Source: Rhodobacter capsulatus SB 1003
GTDB taxonomy: Bacteria; Pseudomonadota; Alphaproteobacteria; Rhodobacterales; Rhodobacteraceae
DNA length: 32,000 bases
Assembly (NCBI RefSeq): GCF_000021865.1
Contig: NC_014034.1
Span: forward strand, 2,970,001-3,002,000
Direction: 5' to 3'
The notes under the pieces are model-generated. The model searched no databases and had not been told where the DNA came from. It was given only the letters and a program-made list of their open reading frames with translations. The first letter of the stretch is position 1, and each line of letters begins with the position of its first letter. The position numbers were made by a program, and so were the translations under genes. Below, in pieces: positions 16,100 through 24,284 of this stretch.

Positions 16100-16156
16100 C
16101 TAATGTGTCTTGCCGGTGTTCGTCGGCCCAAGGACCGCGGTGATCCGCCCCGTCAT
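16100..16156 (-). pseudogene. orphaned 5' segment of the helicase gene: 18 codons with Walker A, ended by an in-frame TAG
   Basis: The reverse strand from CAT at 16154-16156 reads MTGRITAVLGPTNTGKTH then TAG (16102-16100), then AIER and the M at 16087, all in one frame. A strong Shine-Dalgarno sequence (AGGAGG, within GCAGGAGGAATGCG) sits 5 nt upstream of this ATG, not of the 16087 ATG. Confidence 0.75.
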
Positions 16157-16174
16157 CGCATTCCTCCTGCAGGC

Positions 16175-16735
16175 TCACAAGGTGATGCCCGCAAGCTCCT
16201 TTTCCAGCCGTGTGATCGAATCCTTCACATCCTGCTGATGCGGGTTCAAGGCGAAAGAGGCGCGAAAGGCCGAAAGCGCCCGCGCCCTGTCGCCCATGTC
16301 GGCGAAAATCATGCCCAGACCCGCCAAGGCGCCCCAGTGCCGCGGTTCCAGCCGCAGCACCTGGGCGATATCGGCCATCGCGGGGCCAAGCTGCCCGGCC
16401 ATGTAATAGGCGGTCGCACGGGCATTCCAGCCCTCGGGGAAATCGGGGGCGTGATCGGTCAGCGCGGTCAGATGCTCGATCGCGGCGGGCAGATCGCCCG
16501 CATCCATCGCTTCCTCGCCGCGTTTCAGAAGCAGATCCATCGTCGAGGACCCCGAGCGCGACCAGGCGCGGCGGATATCCGATTCGGCACTTTGCCAGCC
16601 CGCATAGCCCGGATCGGCCAGTTCGGAAAACTGCCGCTCCAGCCCCGTGGTTTCGGCCCCGGCCGGAAAACCGAGGTTGACGAAGACGGCAACTGCCGCA
16701 ACGATACATTTGTCTCTGATCGATCGCGCCCGCAT
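16175..16735 (-). CDS. TPR-repeat protein with N-terminal signal-like segment
   Basis: The internal ATG (CAT at 16733-16735) gives MRARSIRDKCIVAAVAVFVNLGFPAGAE (signal-peptide-like), followed by TPR-like helices (AIEHLTALTDHAPDFPEGWNARATAYYMAGQLGPAMADIAQVLRLEPRHWGALAGLG). The stop lies 18 nt upstream of the helicase ATG at 16156. Confidence 0.7.
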   Translation of the reverse strand: MRARSIRDKCIVAAVAVFVNLGFPAGAETTGLERQFSELADPGYAGWQSAESDIRRAWSRSGSSTMDLLLKRGEEAMDAGDLPAAIEHLTALTDHAPDFPEGWNARATAYYMAGQLGPAMADIAQVLRLEPRHWGALAGLGMIFADMGDRARALSAFRASFALNPHQQDVKDSITRLEKELAGITL

Positions 16736-16798
16736 AGTTGGAACTCTATCCCATATGCCGCGAAAATCGAGGGGGCGGCGTTCACAATCGGAGGCAAC

Positions 16799-17086
16799 AT
16801 GAGCAAAGTCATCGAAAAAGCCGTGGAACAACTGTCGGCGAAGCTGCCGAACGGCTTTTCGTCCACCGCGAAATTCATCATCGAGGGGGAAGGCAGCATC
16901 ATCTGCGACCCCGATGGCGTGCGCGCGGGCGATGACGCGGCCGAGGTCACGCTGACCGCCGACACCGACACCTTCCGCGGCATGATCGAGGGCACGGTGA
17001 ATCCGACGATGGCCTTCATGTCGGGCAAGCTGAAGATCGACGGCGCCATGGGCGTGGCGATGCAGCTCGGCTCGGCGCTTTCGTGA
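16799..17086 (+). CDS. SCP2 sterol-binding domain protein
   Basis: Only the last 95 aa of the 13322..17086 shadow ORF are real: ATG at 16799 after GGAGG, giving MSKVIEKAVEQLSAKLP...TDTFRGMIEGTVNPTMAFMSGKLKIDGAMGVAMQLGSAL (SCP2 C-terminal signature). Confidence 0.8.
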   Translation: MSKVIEKAVEQLSAKLPNGFSSTAKFIIEGEGSIICDPDGVRAGDDAAEVTLTADTDTFRGMIEGTVNPTMAFMSGKLKIDGAMGVAMQLGSALS

Positions 17087-18021
17087 TCGCGGACGCCCCC
17101 CTTTTCCACGATCTGGCCGAAGGGCCCGCGGGCGGTCAGGCTTGGTGGCTGACCGCCGCCGATGGTGTCCGGCTGCGGCTGGTGCTGTGGGGCGGGGGGG
17201 CGAAGGGCACGGTGTTCCTGTTTGCGGGCCGGGCCGAATATGCCGAGAAATACGGTCCCGCGGCGGCGGATCTGGCGGCGCGCGGCTATGGCACGCTGGT
17301 GATCGACTGGCGCGGACAGGGGCTGTCGGACCGGCTGATCGCCGATCCGGTCAAGGGCTTCGTCGGCAAGTTCAGCGATTATCAGCGCGATGTCGATGCG
17401 ATGCTGGCGGCGGCGGCGCAGCTTGATCTGCCGCGGCCCTGGGTCGTGCTGGCGCATTCGATGGGCGGCACGATTGCGCTGCGCCGTCTGATGGGAACGC
17501 ATCCCTTTGCTGCCGTTGCCTTTTCCGCGCCGATGTGGGGCGTGGGCCTGCCCCGGGCGATCCGGCCTTTCGGGCCGGTGCTGGCGCGGATGACCGGATC
17601 AAGCCCCTTTGCGCTGCGCTATGCGCCGGGTTGGGGGCCGGTCACCTTCGTGCATCGCGCGGGGTTTCACGACAATTTCCTGACCACCGATCCCGACATG
17701 TGGGCGCTGCTGCTGCGGCAGGTGGCCAAGGCGCCGGGGCTGGCGATCGCCGGGGCCTCTCTGCACTGGGTGGCCGAGGCGGTGCTGGAATGCGAAGCCT
17801 TGGCCGACGTGCCCGCGCCCGACCTGCCCTGCCATTGCGCCCTTGGCACGCGGGAGAGGATCGTGCCGAAGGCGCCGATCCGCGACCGCATGGCGAGCTG
17901 GCCGCGCGCGGAGCTTGCCCTTTACGACGGCGCCGAGCACGAGGTGATGATGGAAGGCCCCGCGATGCGGGCGCGGTTCTACGACGCCTGCGCCGCGCTG
18001 TTCGACGCCAACCGGGGCTGA
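17083..18021 (+). CDS. alpha/beta hydrolase (lysophospholipase-like)
   Basis: 312-aa ORF. The GTG start overlaps the SCP2 stop (GTGA). Nucleophile elbow AHSMGG; typical VFLFAGRAEYAEKY and IDWRGQGLS segments. Confidence 0.8.
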   Translation: MIADAPLFHDLAEGPAGGQAWWLTAADGVRLRLVLWGGGAKGTVFLFAGRAEYAEKYGPAAADLAARGYGTLVIDWRGQGLSDRLIADPVKGFVGKFSDYQRDVDAMLAAAAQLDLPRPWVVLAHSMGGTIALRRLMGTHPFAAVAFSAPMWGVGLPRAIRPFGPVLARMTGSSPFALRYAPGWGPVTFVHRAGFHDNFLTTDPDMWALLLRQVAKAPGLAIAGASLHWVAEAVLECEALADVPAPDLPCHCALGTRERIVPKAPIRDRMASWPRAELALYDGAEHEVMMEGPAMRARFYDACAALFDANRG

Positions 18022-18031
18022 CCGGCCGCCC

Positions 18032-18245
18032 GGGCGGAGAAGGAAAGGCATCGCCTTTCCCCGCCCGCAGCGCCCCCTGGTCGAAAGACCGTTTCCGCGA
18101 GGCACAACAGAGGCCGGCGCCCGGCCCGGCGGGCGAGAAGCGCCCGCCAGGGGCGGGGCGGGCGCTGGCCGGGACGCTTTGGCGCCCCGGCGGTCCCGGG
18201 GCCGGTGTCGCGCGTGACCTCGGCGATGGCCTCGGTCATGGCCCG
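18032..18245 (+). repeat. ~205-bp structured intergenic repeat, copy B
   Basis: Begins 10 nt after the hydrolase stop. Hairpins: GGAAAGGC-ATC-GCCTTTCC (18042-18060), AGCGCCCGCC/GGCGGGCGCT (18139-18166), GCCGGGACGC-TTTG-GCGCCCCGGC (18168-18191). Aligns with copies A and C. Confidence 0.8.
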
Positions 18246-18253
18246 CGAGGCCC

Positions 18254-18979
18254 TTAAAGCGTGATCCGACCGAAGCCGTCGCGCAGGGCCTCGGACCAGG
18301 CCTGCGACATCGCCGCGAATTGCGCGTCGTCCTTTTCGATCCGCTTGCGCAGCCCGACCCGGCAGGCGTCTTTCTCGATCACCGCCAGATCCAGCGGCAT
18401 GCCCACCGACAGGTTCGAGCGCAGCGTCGAATCCATCGACAACAGAACCGCCTTTTGCGCATCCTCGAGCGACGTCCCCGGCCGCACGACGCGGTCCAAA
18501 ATCGGCTTGCCGTATTTGTGCTCGCCGATCTGCAAGAAGGGCGTGTCCTCGGTCGCCTCGATGAAATTGCCCTCGGGATAGACCAGGAACATCCGCATCG
18601 CCCCGCCCTTGCGCTGCCCCGCCACGATCATCGAGGCAGAGACGGTGACCTTGGACGCGTTCATCTTGTGATCGATGTCCTGGCGCACCGACGCCAGCGT
18701 GTTGCCGATGATCTCGGCCACGGCCAGCATCGTCGGCGCCTGCATGATCGAGGTGTCGGCGCTGGTTTCGGGATGCTCGATCGCCTCGCGCAGCCGGGCA
18801 ATCGTCGTCTGCGTCACCGAAAGCGAGCCCGCGGTCAGGATCGTCACCACCCGCTCGCCCGGCTCCTCGAAGACGAACATCTTGCGATAGGTCGCAATAT
18901 TGTCCAGCCCCGCATTGGTGCGGGTGTCGGACAGAAGAACCATGCCCTGATCGAGCAGCAGGCCCACGCAATAGGTCAT
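18254..18979 (-). CDS. Anbu-type proteasome-like peptidase (ancestral beta subunit)
   Basis: The internal ATG (CAT at 18977-18979) of ORF 18254..19291 gives 241 aa starting MTYCVGLLLDQGMVLLSDTRTNAG. That places Thr directly after the initiator Met, as expected for an N-terminal-nucleophile proteasome beta-like fold. It is the last gene of the ATP-grasp/alpha-E/transglutaminase operon. Confidence 0.85.
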   Translation of the reverse strand: MTYCVGLLLDQGMVLLSDTRTNAGLDNIATYRKMFVFEEPGERVVTILTAGSLSVTQTTIARLREAIEHPETSADTSIMQAPTMLAVAEIIGNTLASVRQDIDHKMNASKVTVSASMIVAGQRKGGAMRMFLVYPEGNFIEATEDTPFLQIGEHKYGKPILDRVVRPGTSLEDAQKAVLLSMDSTLRSNLSVGMPLDLAVIEKDACRVGLRKRIEKDDAQFAAMSQAWSEALRDGFGRITL

Positions 18980-19007
18980 CATTCCCCCGGAAAAGCAGGC
19001 GGCCACA

Positions 19008-19820
19008 TTATTGTTGCACGGCCTCCAAGGCAACCGTGACATCGAGACGCTCGGACCCGTCGCCCTGCGCGATGCCCTTGATCGGCGCCGCCTCATGCGC
19101 GTCGAGCCCCGAGCCGATGCGGATATAGCGCGCATCGGGGCAGCATTCATTGGCCGGATCAAAGCCGATCCAGCCGATGTTTTCCACCCAGATCTCGGCC
19201 CAGGCATGAGCGGCCTCGTGCGGCGCACCATCCTCGCGCGCGAAAAGATAGCCCGAGACATAGCGCGCGGGCATTCCCACGGCGCGGGCACAGGCGATCA
19301 AGGCCTGGGCGTGATCCTGACAGACCCCCTCGCCCTGGGCCAAAGCCTCGGCCGCGGTCGTATGGGCATGCGTCGTGCCGGGGCGATAGGCGATGGCGTC
19401 GCTGACCGCGCGCGACAGCCGATGCGCCCGGTCAAGCGGCTCCTTGACGCCCGTTACCGCGGTTTCGGCCAGATCGCGCAAGGCATGATCGATCCAGGTC
19501 GCCGAGGTCTCGCGCAGATAGGCAAAGGGCGAGACGATCTCGCGGTGGCCGCGCAGCACCCCCGCGGTGTCGGTGGTTTCGACCTGCCCGATGGCGGAAA
19601 TCGTCACCTCGCTCACCGGACCGCGCAGCGACCAGCCCTCGACCTTGTCGCCCGCGCCGTCGCGGAAATTGCCGCCGCGCAGGCCGCCTTCGACCGCGAC
19701 ATCCCAGCGGATCGTGCGCTGGCCATCGAACCGCGAGGGAAACAGCCGCAAGGATTGCACGGCCCCGCGCATCGGCGCGTCATATTCGTAGGTGGTGACG
19801 TGATGGACCGTCAGGATCAT
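19008..19820 (-). CDS. transglutaminase-like cysteine protease family protein
   Basis: 270-aa ORF. Catalytic-Cys context GEGVCQDHAQALIACARAVGMPARYVSGY, then HAWAEIW and GWIGFDP (Cys-His-Asp arrangement). The ATG overlaps the alpha-E stop (ATGA). Confidence 0.85.
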   Translation of the reverse strand: MILTVHHVTTYEYDAPMRGAVQSLRLFPSRFDGQRTIRWDVAVEGGLRGGNFRDGAGDKVEGWSLRGPVSEVTISAIGQVETTDTAGVLRGHREIVSPFAYLRETSATWIDHALRDLAETAVTGVKEPLDRAHRLSRAVSDAIAYRPGTTHAHTTAAEALAQGEGVCQDHAQALIACARAVGMPARYVSGYLFAREDGAPHEAAHAWAEIWVENIGWIGFDPANECCPDARYIRIGSGLDAHEAAPIKGIAQGDGSERLDVTVALEAVQQ

Positions 19821-20770
19821 CGCGCTTCTCCGCTCAGATAAGCCGCCTGCACCATGTCGGACAATTCGCCGACATCGCGGATGAAGCGGGTCAGGAATTC
19901 ATGCAGGCCCTCGTCGAAGATCTCCTCGACGCGGGTTTCGGCGATCTCGCCCACAAGCGCGCGCGCCCGCATCTGCGCCGCGCCGGATTTCTGGTACCCC
20001 CTTGCCAAGGCATCCAGATTTTCCATCGCCATGGTAACGGTGGTGACCAGAGACCGCGGCGATTGCGGATTGAGGATCAGGAAATGCGCGATCTTCGCCG
20101 CGGTGATCTCGCCGCCGTAAGCCCAGTGGAAGGCCCGATGGGCGGAAAGCGCCCGAAGCAGCGTCTGCCATTGGTAATTGTCCAGCCCCGAGCCGATGAA
20201 ATCGACCGAGGGCAAGAGGACGTAATATTTCACGTCGATCAGCCGCGCGGTGTTGTCGGCCCGTTCCAGCGCGAAGCCAAGGTTCAAAAACGCATAGCCG
20301 TCGTTGCGCAAAAGCGTCGCGTCAATCGCGCCGCGCACCAGCGCCGCCTGCCGCGTCACCCATTCGGTCAGCTCGGTCAGCTCCATTTCCGAGCGCGGCT
20401 TGCGCTCAAGCTGCCGCATCTCCTGAAACGCGCCATTGAGCGCATCCCAGACCTGAGAGGTCAGCGCCGTGCGCACGATGCGCGCATTTTCCCGCGCCCG
20501 TTCGATGCAGCTGACGACCGAGGACGGGTTGTCCCGGTCAAAGAACAGATAGCTTTCGATGTTGCGCTGCACCGGGTCGCCATATTTCGCGGCAAAGCCC
20601 TCGGCGGTGCCCGAGGCCTGCAGCAGGCTCTCCCATTCGCTGCGGTAGCCATGCCCGGCCGAGGGCATCAGCGCGATGCGGGCGCCCACTTCCAAAAGCC
20701 GCGCCATGGTTTCGGCGCGTTCGATGTAACGCGCGATCCAGAACAGATTTTCAGCGGTCCGGCTCAGCAT
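19817..20770 (-). CDS. alpha-E domain protein
   Basis: 317-aa all-helical ORF starting MLSRTAENLFWIARYIERAETMARLLEV, the characteristic alpha-E N-terminus. It starts 5 nt after the ATP-grasp stop. Confidence 0.85.
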   Translation of the reverse strand: MLSRTAENLFWIARYIERAETMARLLEVGARIALMPSAGHGYRSEWESLLQASGTAEGFAAKYGDPVQRNIESYLFFDRDNPSSVVSCIERARENARIVRTALTSQVWDALNGAFQEMRQLERKPRSEMELTELTEWVTRQAALVRGAIDATLLRNDGYAFLNLGFALERADNTARLIDVKYYVLLPSVDFIGSGLDNYQWQTLLRALSAHRAFHWAYGGEITAAKIAHFLILNPQSPRSLVTTVTMAMENLDALARGYQKSGAAQMRARALVGEIAETRVEEIFDEGLHEFLTRFIRDVGELSDMVQAAYLSGEAR

Positions 20771-20774
20771 GCTC

Positions 20775-22187
20775 TTACTCCGCCAAAACCCAGGTGTCCT
20801 TGACCCCGCCGCCCTGAGACGAGTTCACGACCAGCGATCCCTCTTTCAGCGCGACACGGGTCAGACCGCCCGGCACCAGTTCGATTTTCTCGCCCACAAG
20901 GCAATAGGGCCGCAAATCGACATGCCGCGGCGCGATCCCCTCCTCGACAAAGGTCGGCGTGGACGACAGCGCCAAGGTCGGCTGGGCGATGTAGTTTTCC
21001 GGATGCGCCGCGATCTTGGCGCGGAAGGTCTCGATCTGATCGGCTGTCGATTTCGGCCCCACCAGCATGCCGTAACCGCCCGAGCCATGCACCTCCTTCA
21101 CCACCAGCTCGCCCAGATGGTCGAGCACATATTTGCAATCCTCGGGCTTGGCGCATTGCCAGGTGGGGACATTGTTCAAAAGCGGCTCTTCGCCCAGATA
21201 GAACCGGATCATCTCGGGCACGAAGGTATAGACCGCCTTGTCATCGGCCACGCCCGCGCCGGGCGCCGAACAGATCGACACCCCGCCCGAACGGTAGACA
21301 TCCATCAGCCCGGGAATGCCCAGCATCGAATCCGGCCGGAAACAAAGCGGGTCAAGGAAAGCGTCATCGATGCGCCGGTAGATCACGTCGAGCTTCTTCG
21401 GCCCCTCGGTGGTTCGCATCCAGACGAAGCCGCCTTCCACGAACAGATCGGCGCCCTCGACCAGTTCGACGCCCATCAGATCGGCGAGGAAACTGTGTTC
21501 GTAATAGGCGCTGTCGTAATGGCCCGGCGTCAGAATGGCGATCGTCGGCTCGCGTTCGCATTTCGCCGGGGCAACACTGGCCAGCGTGCGGCGCAGCGCA
21601 TCGGAATAGCCGTCGACCGGCTCGATGCGGTTTTCGCGAAACAGCTGCGGGAACATCCGCATCATGATTTCGCGGTTTTCCAGCATGTAGCTGACCCCCG
21701 AAGGCGTGCGGCAATTGTCTTCCAGCACGAAGAACTCATCCGCGCCGGTGCGCACGATGTCGATCCCGACGATGTGCGAATAGATCCCGCGCGGCGGGGT
21801 GAAGCCTGCCACGGCGCGCTCGAAGGCCTCGTTCTGAAACACCATCCGCGCCGGGATCTTGCCCGCCCGGACGATTTCGGCGCGGCCATAGACATCGAGC
21901 AGAAAGGCATTCAGCGCCCGCGCCCGCTGCTTGATGCCGCGTTCGAGCTTGCGCCATTCCCCTTGCGTGAAGACGCGCGGAAACATGTCGAAGGGGATCA
22001 GCCGGTCCGGGTCGCCCCCCTCGCCATAGACCGCAAAGGTGATGCCGATCCGGCGAAAAAGCGCCTCTGCCTCGGCCTGTTTCATTGCGCGCAATGCGGC
22101 GGGCATGGCCTTCGTCCAGTCTTCGAGCCGCGCATAGGGCTCGCGGACGGTGCCGCCTTCGTACATTTCGTTGAAATAAGTCGTCAT
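20775..22187 (-). CDS. circularly permuted ATP-grasp (type 2) amidoligase-like protein
   Basis: 470-aa ORF: MTTYFNEMY..REPYARL..FRRIGITFAVYGE..DRLIPFDMFPRV...FVLEDNCRTPSGVSYMLENR... I recognise this as the family that heads Anbu/alpha-E/transglutaminase operons. GAGGGAA Shine-Dalgarno upstream. Confidence 0.85.
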   Translation of the reverse strand: MTTYFNEMYEGGTVREPYARLEDWTKAMPAALRAMKQAEAEALFRRIGITFAVYGEGGDPDRLIPFDMFPRVFTQGEWRKLERGIKQRARALNAFLLDVYGRAEIVRAGKIPARMVFQNEAFERAVAGFTPPRGIYSHIVGIDIVRTGADEFFVLEDNCRTPSGVSYMLENREIMMRMFPQLFRENRIEPVDGYSDALRRTLASVAPAKCEREPTIAILTPGHYDSAYYEHSFLADLMGVELVEGADLFVEGGFVWMRTTEGPKKLDVIYRRIDDAFLDPLCFRPDSMLGIPGLMDVYRSGGVSICSAPGAGVADDKAVYTFVPEMIRFYLGEEPLLNNVPTWQCAKPEDCKYVLDHLGELVVKEVHGSGGYGMLVGPKSTADQIETFRAKIAAHPENYIAQPTLALSSTPTFVEEGIAPRHVDLRPYCLVGEKIELVPGGLTRVALKEGSLVVNSSQGGGVKDTWVLAE

Positions 22188-22335
22188 GCGTGATTCCCTC
22201 GCCCTGATTGAATCCTAGGCAGGCCGCGGGGGAAGCGGAAGCGCCGCAGCAGGAAACAGGCCAGAAAGCCGGAAGAAGCCGCCCGATCGCTGTGCGTTTG
22301 CGTAAAAATTGGGCATCACCGCAATCCAGACCCGG

Positions 22336-22364
22336 CTTGCACGGTGCCTGCCCTGCCCCTATCT
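22336..22364 (+). promoter_or_regulatory. sigma32 (RpoH)-type heat-shock promoter candidate upstream of pepF
   Basis: CTTGCAC (22336-22342), a 13-nt spacer, then CCCCTATCT (22356-22364). Compare the classical CTTGAAA-N13/14-CCCCATNT consensus. It ends 26 nt before the pepF ATG. Confidence 0.45.
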
Positions 22365-22390
22365 CTGATCCGACCCGCAAGGAGAAAGCC

Positions 22391-24217
22391 ATGATCCGTT
22401 CCTTCCCCGCCCCGAAATTCGACGCCGCCCCCGCGCAGGGAGGGGCCGGAGAGTTCGGCGCCCTGCCCGACTGGGACCTGAGCGATCTTTACACCGCCCC
22501 CGACGCGCCGGAATTCCTGCATGACATGGCCTGGCTCGAGGCCGCTTGCGCCTCCTTTGCCAAGGATTACGAGGGGCAGCTGGCCGACCTGGACGCCGCG
22601 GGCATGGCGGACTGCATCGCGCGCCACGAGGCGATCGAGACCGTGGCCGGACGGATCATGTCCTATGCGGGGCTGCGCTATTATCAGAACACCACCGACG
22701 CCGAACGCGCCAAATTCATGTCGGATGCGGGCGACAAGATCACCAGTTTCACCACGCCGCTGGTCTTCTTCAGCCTGGAATTCAACCGCATTGACGACGC
22801 GCGCTATGAAGCGGTCTTTGCCGATCCGCTTGTGGCGCGGTTCAAGCCGGTCTTTGACCGGATGCGGGCGATGAAACCCTATCAGCTTTCGGACGAGCTG
22901 GAAAAGTTCCTGCACGATCAATCCGTTGTGGGGGCCTCGGCGTGGAACCGGCTGTTTGACGAAACCACCGCGGCGCTGCAGTTCACCGTTCAGGGCGAGA
23001 CGCTGAACCTTGAAGCCACGACGACGCTGATGAGCGATCACGACCGGGGCAAGCGCGAGGCGGCGGCGCGCGAGCTGGCGCGGGTCTTCGGGCAGAACGT
23101 CAAGCTTTTCGCCCGGGTGCACAACACGCTTGCCAAGGAAAAGGAAGTTGAGGACCGCTGGCGCAAGATGCCCACGCCGCAGCTGGGCCGCCACCTGTCG
23201 AACCATGTCGAGCCCGAGGTGGTCGAGGCTTTGCGCAATGCGGTCGTGGCCGCCTATCCGCGGCTCTCGCATCGCTATTATGCGCTGAAGGCGAAATGGC
23301 TGGGGCTTGAAAAGCTGCAGGTCTGGGACCGCAACGCGCCGCTGCCCAGCGAAACCCCGCGCAAGATCCTCTGGGACGAGGCGAAGGCCACGGTTCTGGG
23401 CGCTTACGGCGCGTTTTCGCCCCGCATGGCCGAGATTGCCCAGCCTTTCTTTGACAAAGGCTGGATCGATGCCGGGGTGAAACCGGGCAAGGCGCCGGGG
23501 GCTTTTGCCCATCCGACCGTCACCACCGTGCACCCCTATGTGATGCTGAACTATCTGGGCAAACCGCGCGACGTGATGACCTTGGCGCATGAGCTGGGCC
23601 ATGGCGTGCATCAGGTTCTGGCCGCGAAACAGGGGCCGATGCTCTCGGACACGCCGCTGACGCTGGCGGAAACGGCCAGCGTTTTCGGCGAGATGCTGAC
23701 CTTCCGCGCGCTTCTGGATGCGGCCAAGACCCCTGCGGAACGCAAGCAGCTGCTGGCGGGCAAGGTCGAGGACATGATCAACACCGTCGTGCGGCAGATC
23801 GCGTTTTACGATTTCGAATGCAAGCTGCATGCGGCGCGCGCGCAGGGGGAACTGACGCCCGAGGATATCAACGCGCTCTGGATGTCGGTGCAGGCGGAAA
23901 GCCTTGGCCCGGTGTTCGAATTCATGCCGGGCTATGAGACCTTCTGGACCTATATCCCGCATTTCGTGCATTCGCCCTTCTACGTCTATGCCTATGCTTT
24001 CGGCGACGGGCTGGTGAATGCGCTTTACGCCACCTATGCGGCGGGCCTGCCCGACTTCCAGACGAAGTATTTCGAGATGCTGGAGGCGGGCGGCTCGAAA
24101 CACCACAAGGATCTTCTGGCGCCCTTCGGTCTGGATGCCTCGGATCCGGCCTTCTGGGACAAGGGGCTGTCGATGATCGCGGGGCTGATCGACGAGCTCG
24201 AGGCGATGGAGGCCTGA
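22391..24217 (+). CDS. pepF: oligoendopeptidase F (M3B family zinc metallopeptidase)
   Basis: ATG at 22391 after AAGGAGAAAG, in frame inside ORF 22208..24217. 608 aa with HEXXH (LAHELGHGVH) and M3B-like overall layout. Confidence 0.88.
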   Translation: MIRSFPAPKFDAAPAQGGAGEFGALPDWDLSDLYTAPDAPEFLHDMAWLEAACASFAKDYEGQLADLDAAGMADCIARHEAIETVAGRIMSYAGLRYYQNTTDAERAKFMSDAGDKITSFTTPLVFFSLEFNRIDDARYEAVFADPLVARFKPVFDRMRAMKPYQLSDELEKFLHDQSVVGASAWNRLFDETTAALQFTVQGETLNLEATTTLMSDHDRGKREAAARELARVFGQNVKLFARVHNTLAKEKEVEDRWRKMPTPQLGRHLSNHVEPEVVEALRNAVVAAYPRLSHRYYALKAKWLGLEKLQVWDRNAPLPSETPRKILWDEAKATVLGAYGAFSPRMAEIAQPFFDKGWIDAGVKPGKAPGAFAHPTVTTVHPYVMLNYLGKPRDVMTLAHELGHGVHQVLAAKQGPMLSDTPLTLAETASVFGEMLTFRALLDAAKTPAERKQLLAGKVEDMINTVVRQIAFYDFECKLHAARAQGELTPEDINALWMSVQAESLGPVFEFMPGYETFWTYIPHFVHSPFYVYAYAFGDGLVNALYATYAAGLPDFQTKYFEMLEAGGSKHHKDLLAPFGLDASDPAFWDKGLSMIAGLIDELEAMEA

Positions 24218-24284
24218 CGCCACGTTGGCGCTTTGCGCCTGCCCCCGGCCCTGCTAGCCTTTCCGAAACAAGGGGGGGGCGCGC

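Noticed and set aside
13322-17086. 1254-aa plus-strand ORF spanning the helicase and TPR genes
   Set aside because: It runs antisense to two genes with clear family motifs, and its translation is Arg/Ala/Gly-rich junk. Only its last 95 codons (16799-17086, the SCP2 protein with its own Shine-Dalgarno sequence and ATG) are credible.
20769-24223. Long ORFs 20769..22193 (+) and 22316..24223 (-) opposite the ATP-grasp gene and pepF
   Set aside because: These are shadow ORFs without motifs. The annotated strands carry cp-ATP-grasp and HEXXH M3 signatures together with Shine-Dalgarno sequences.
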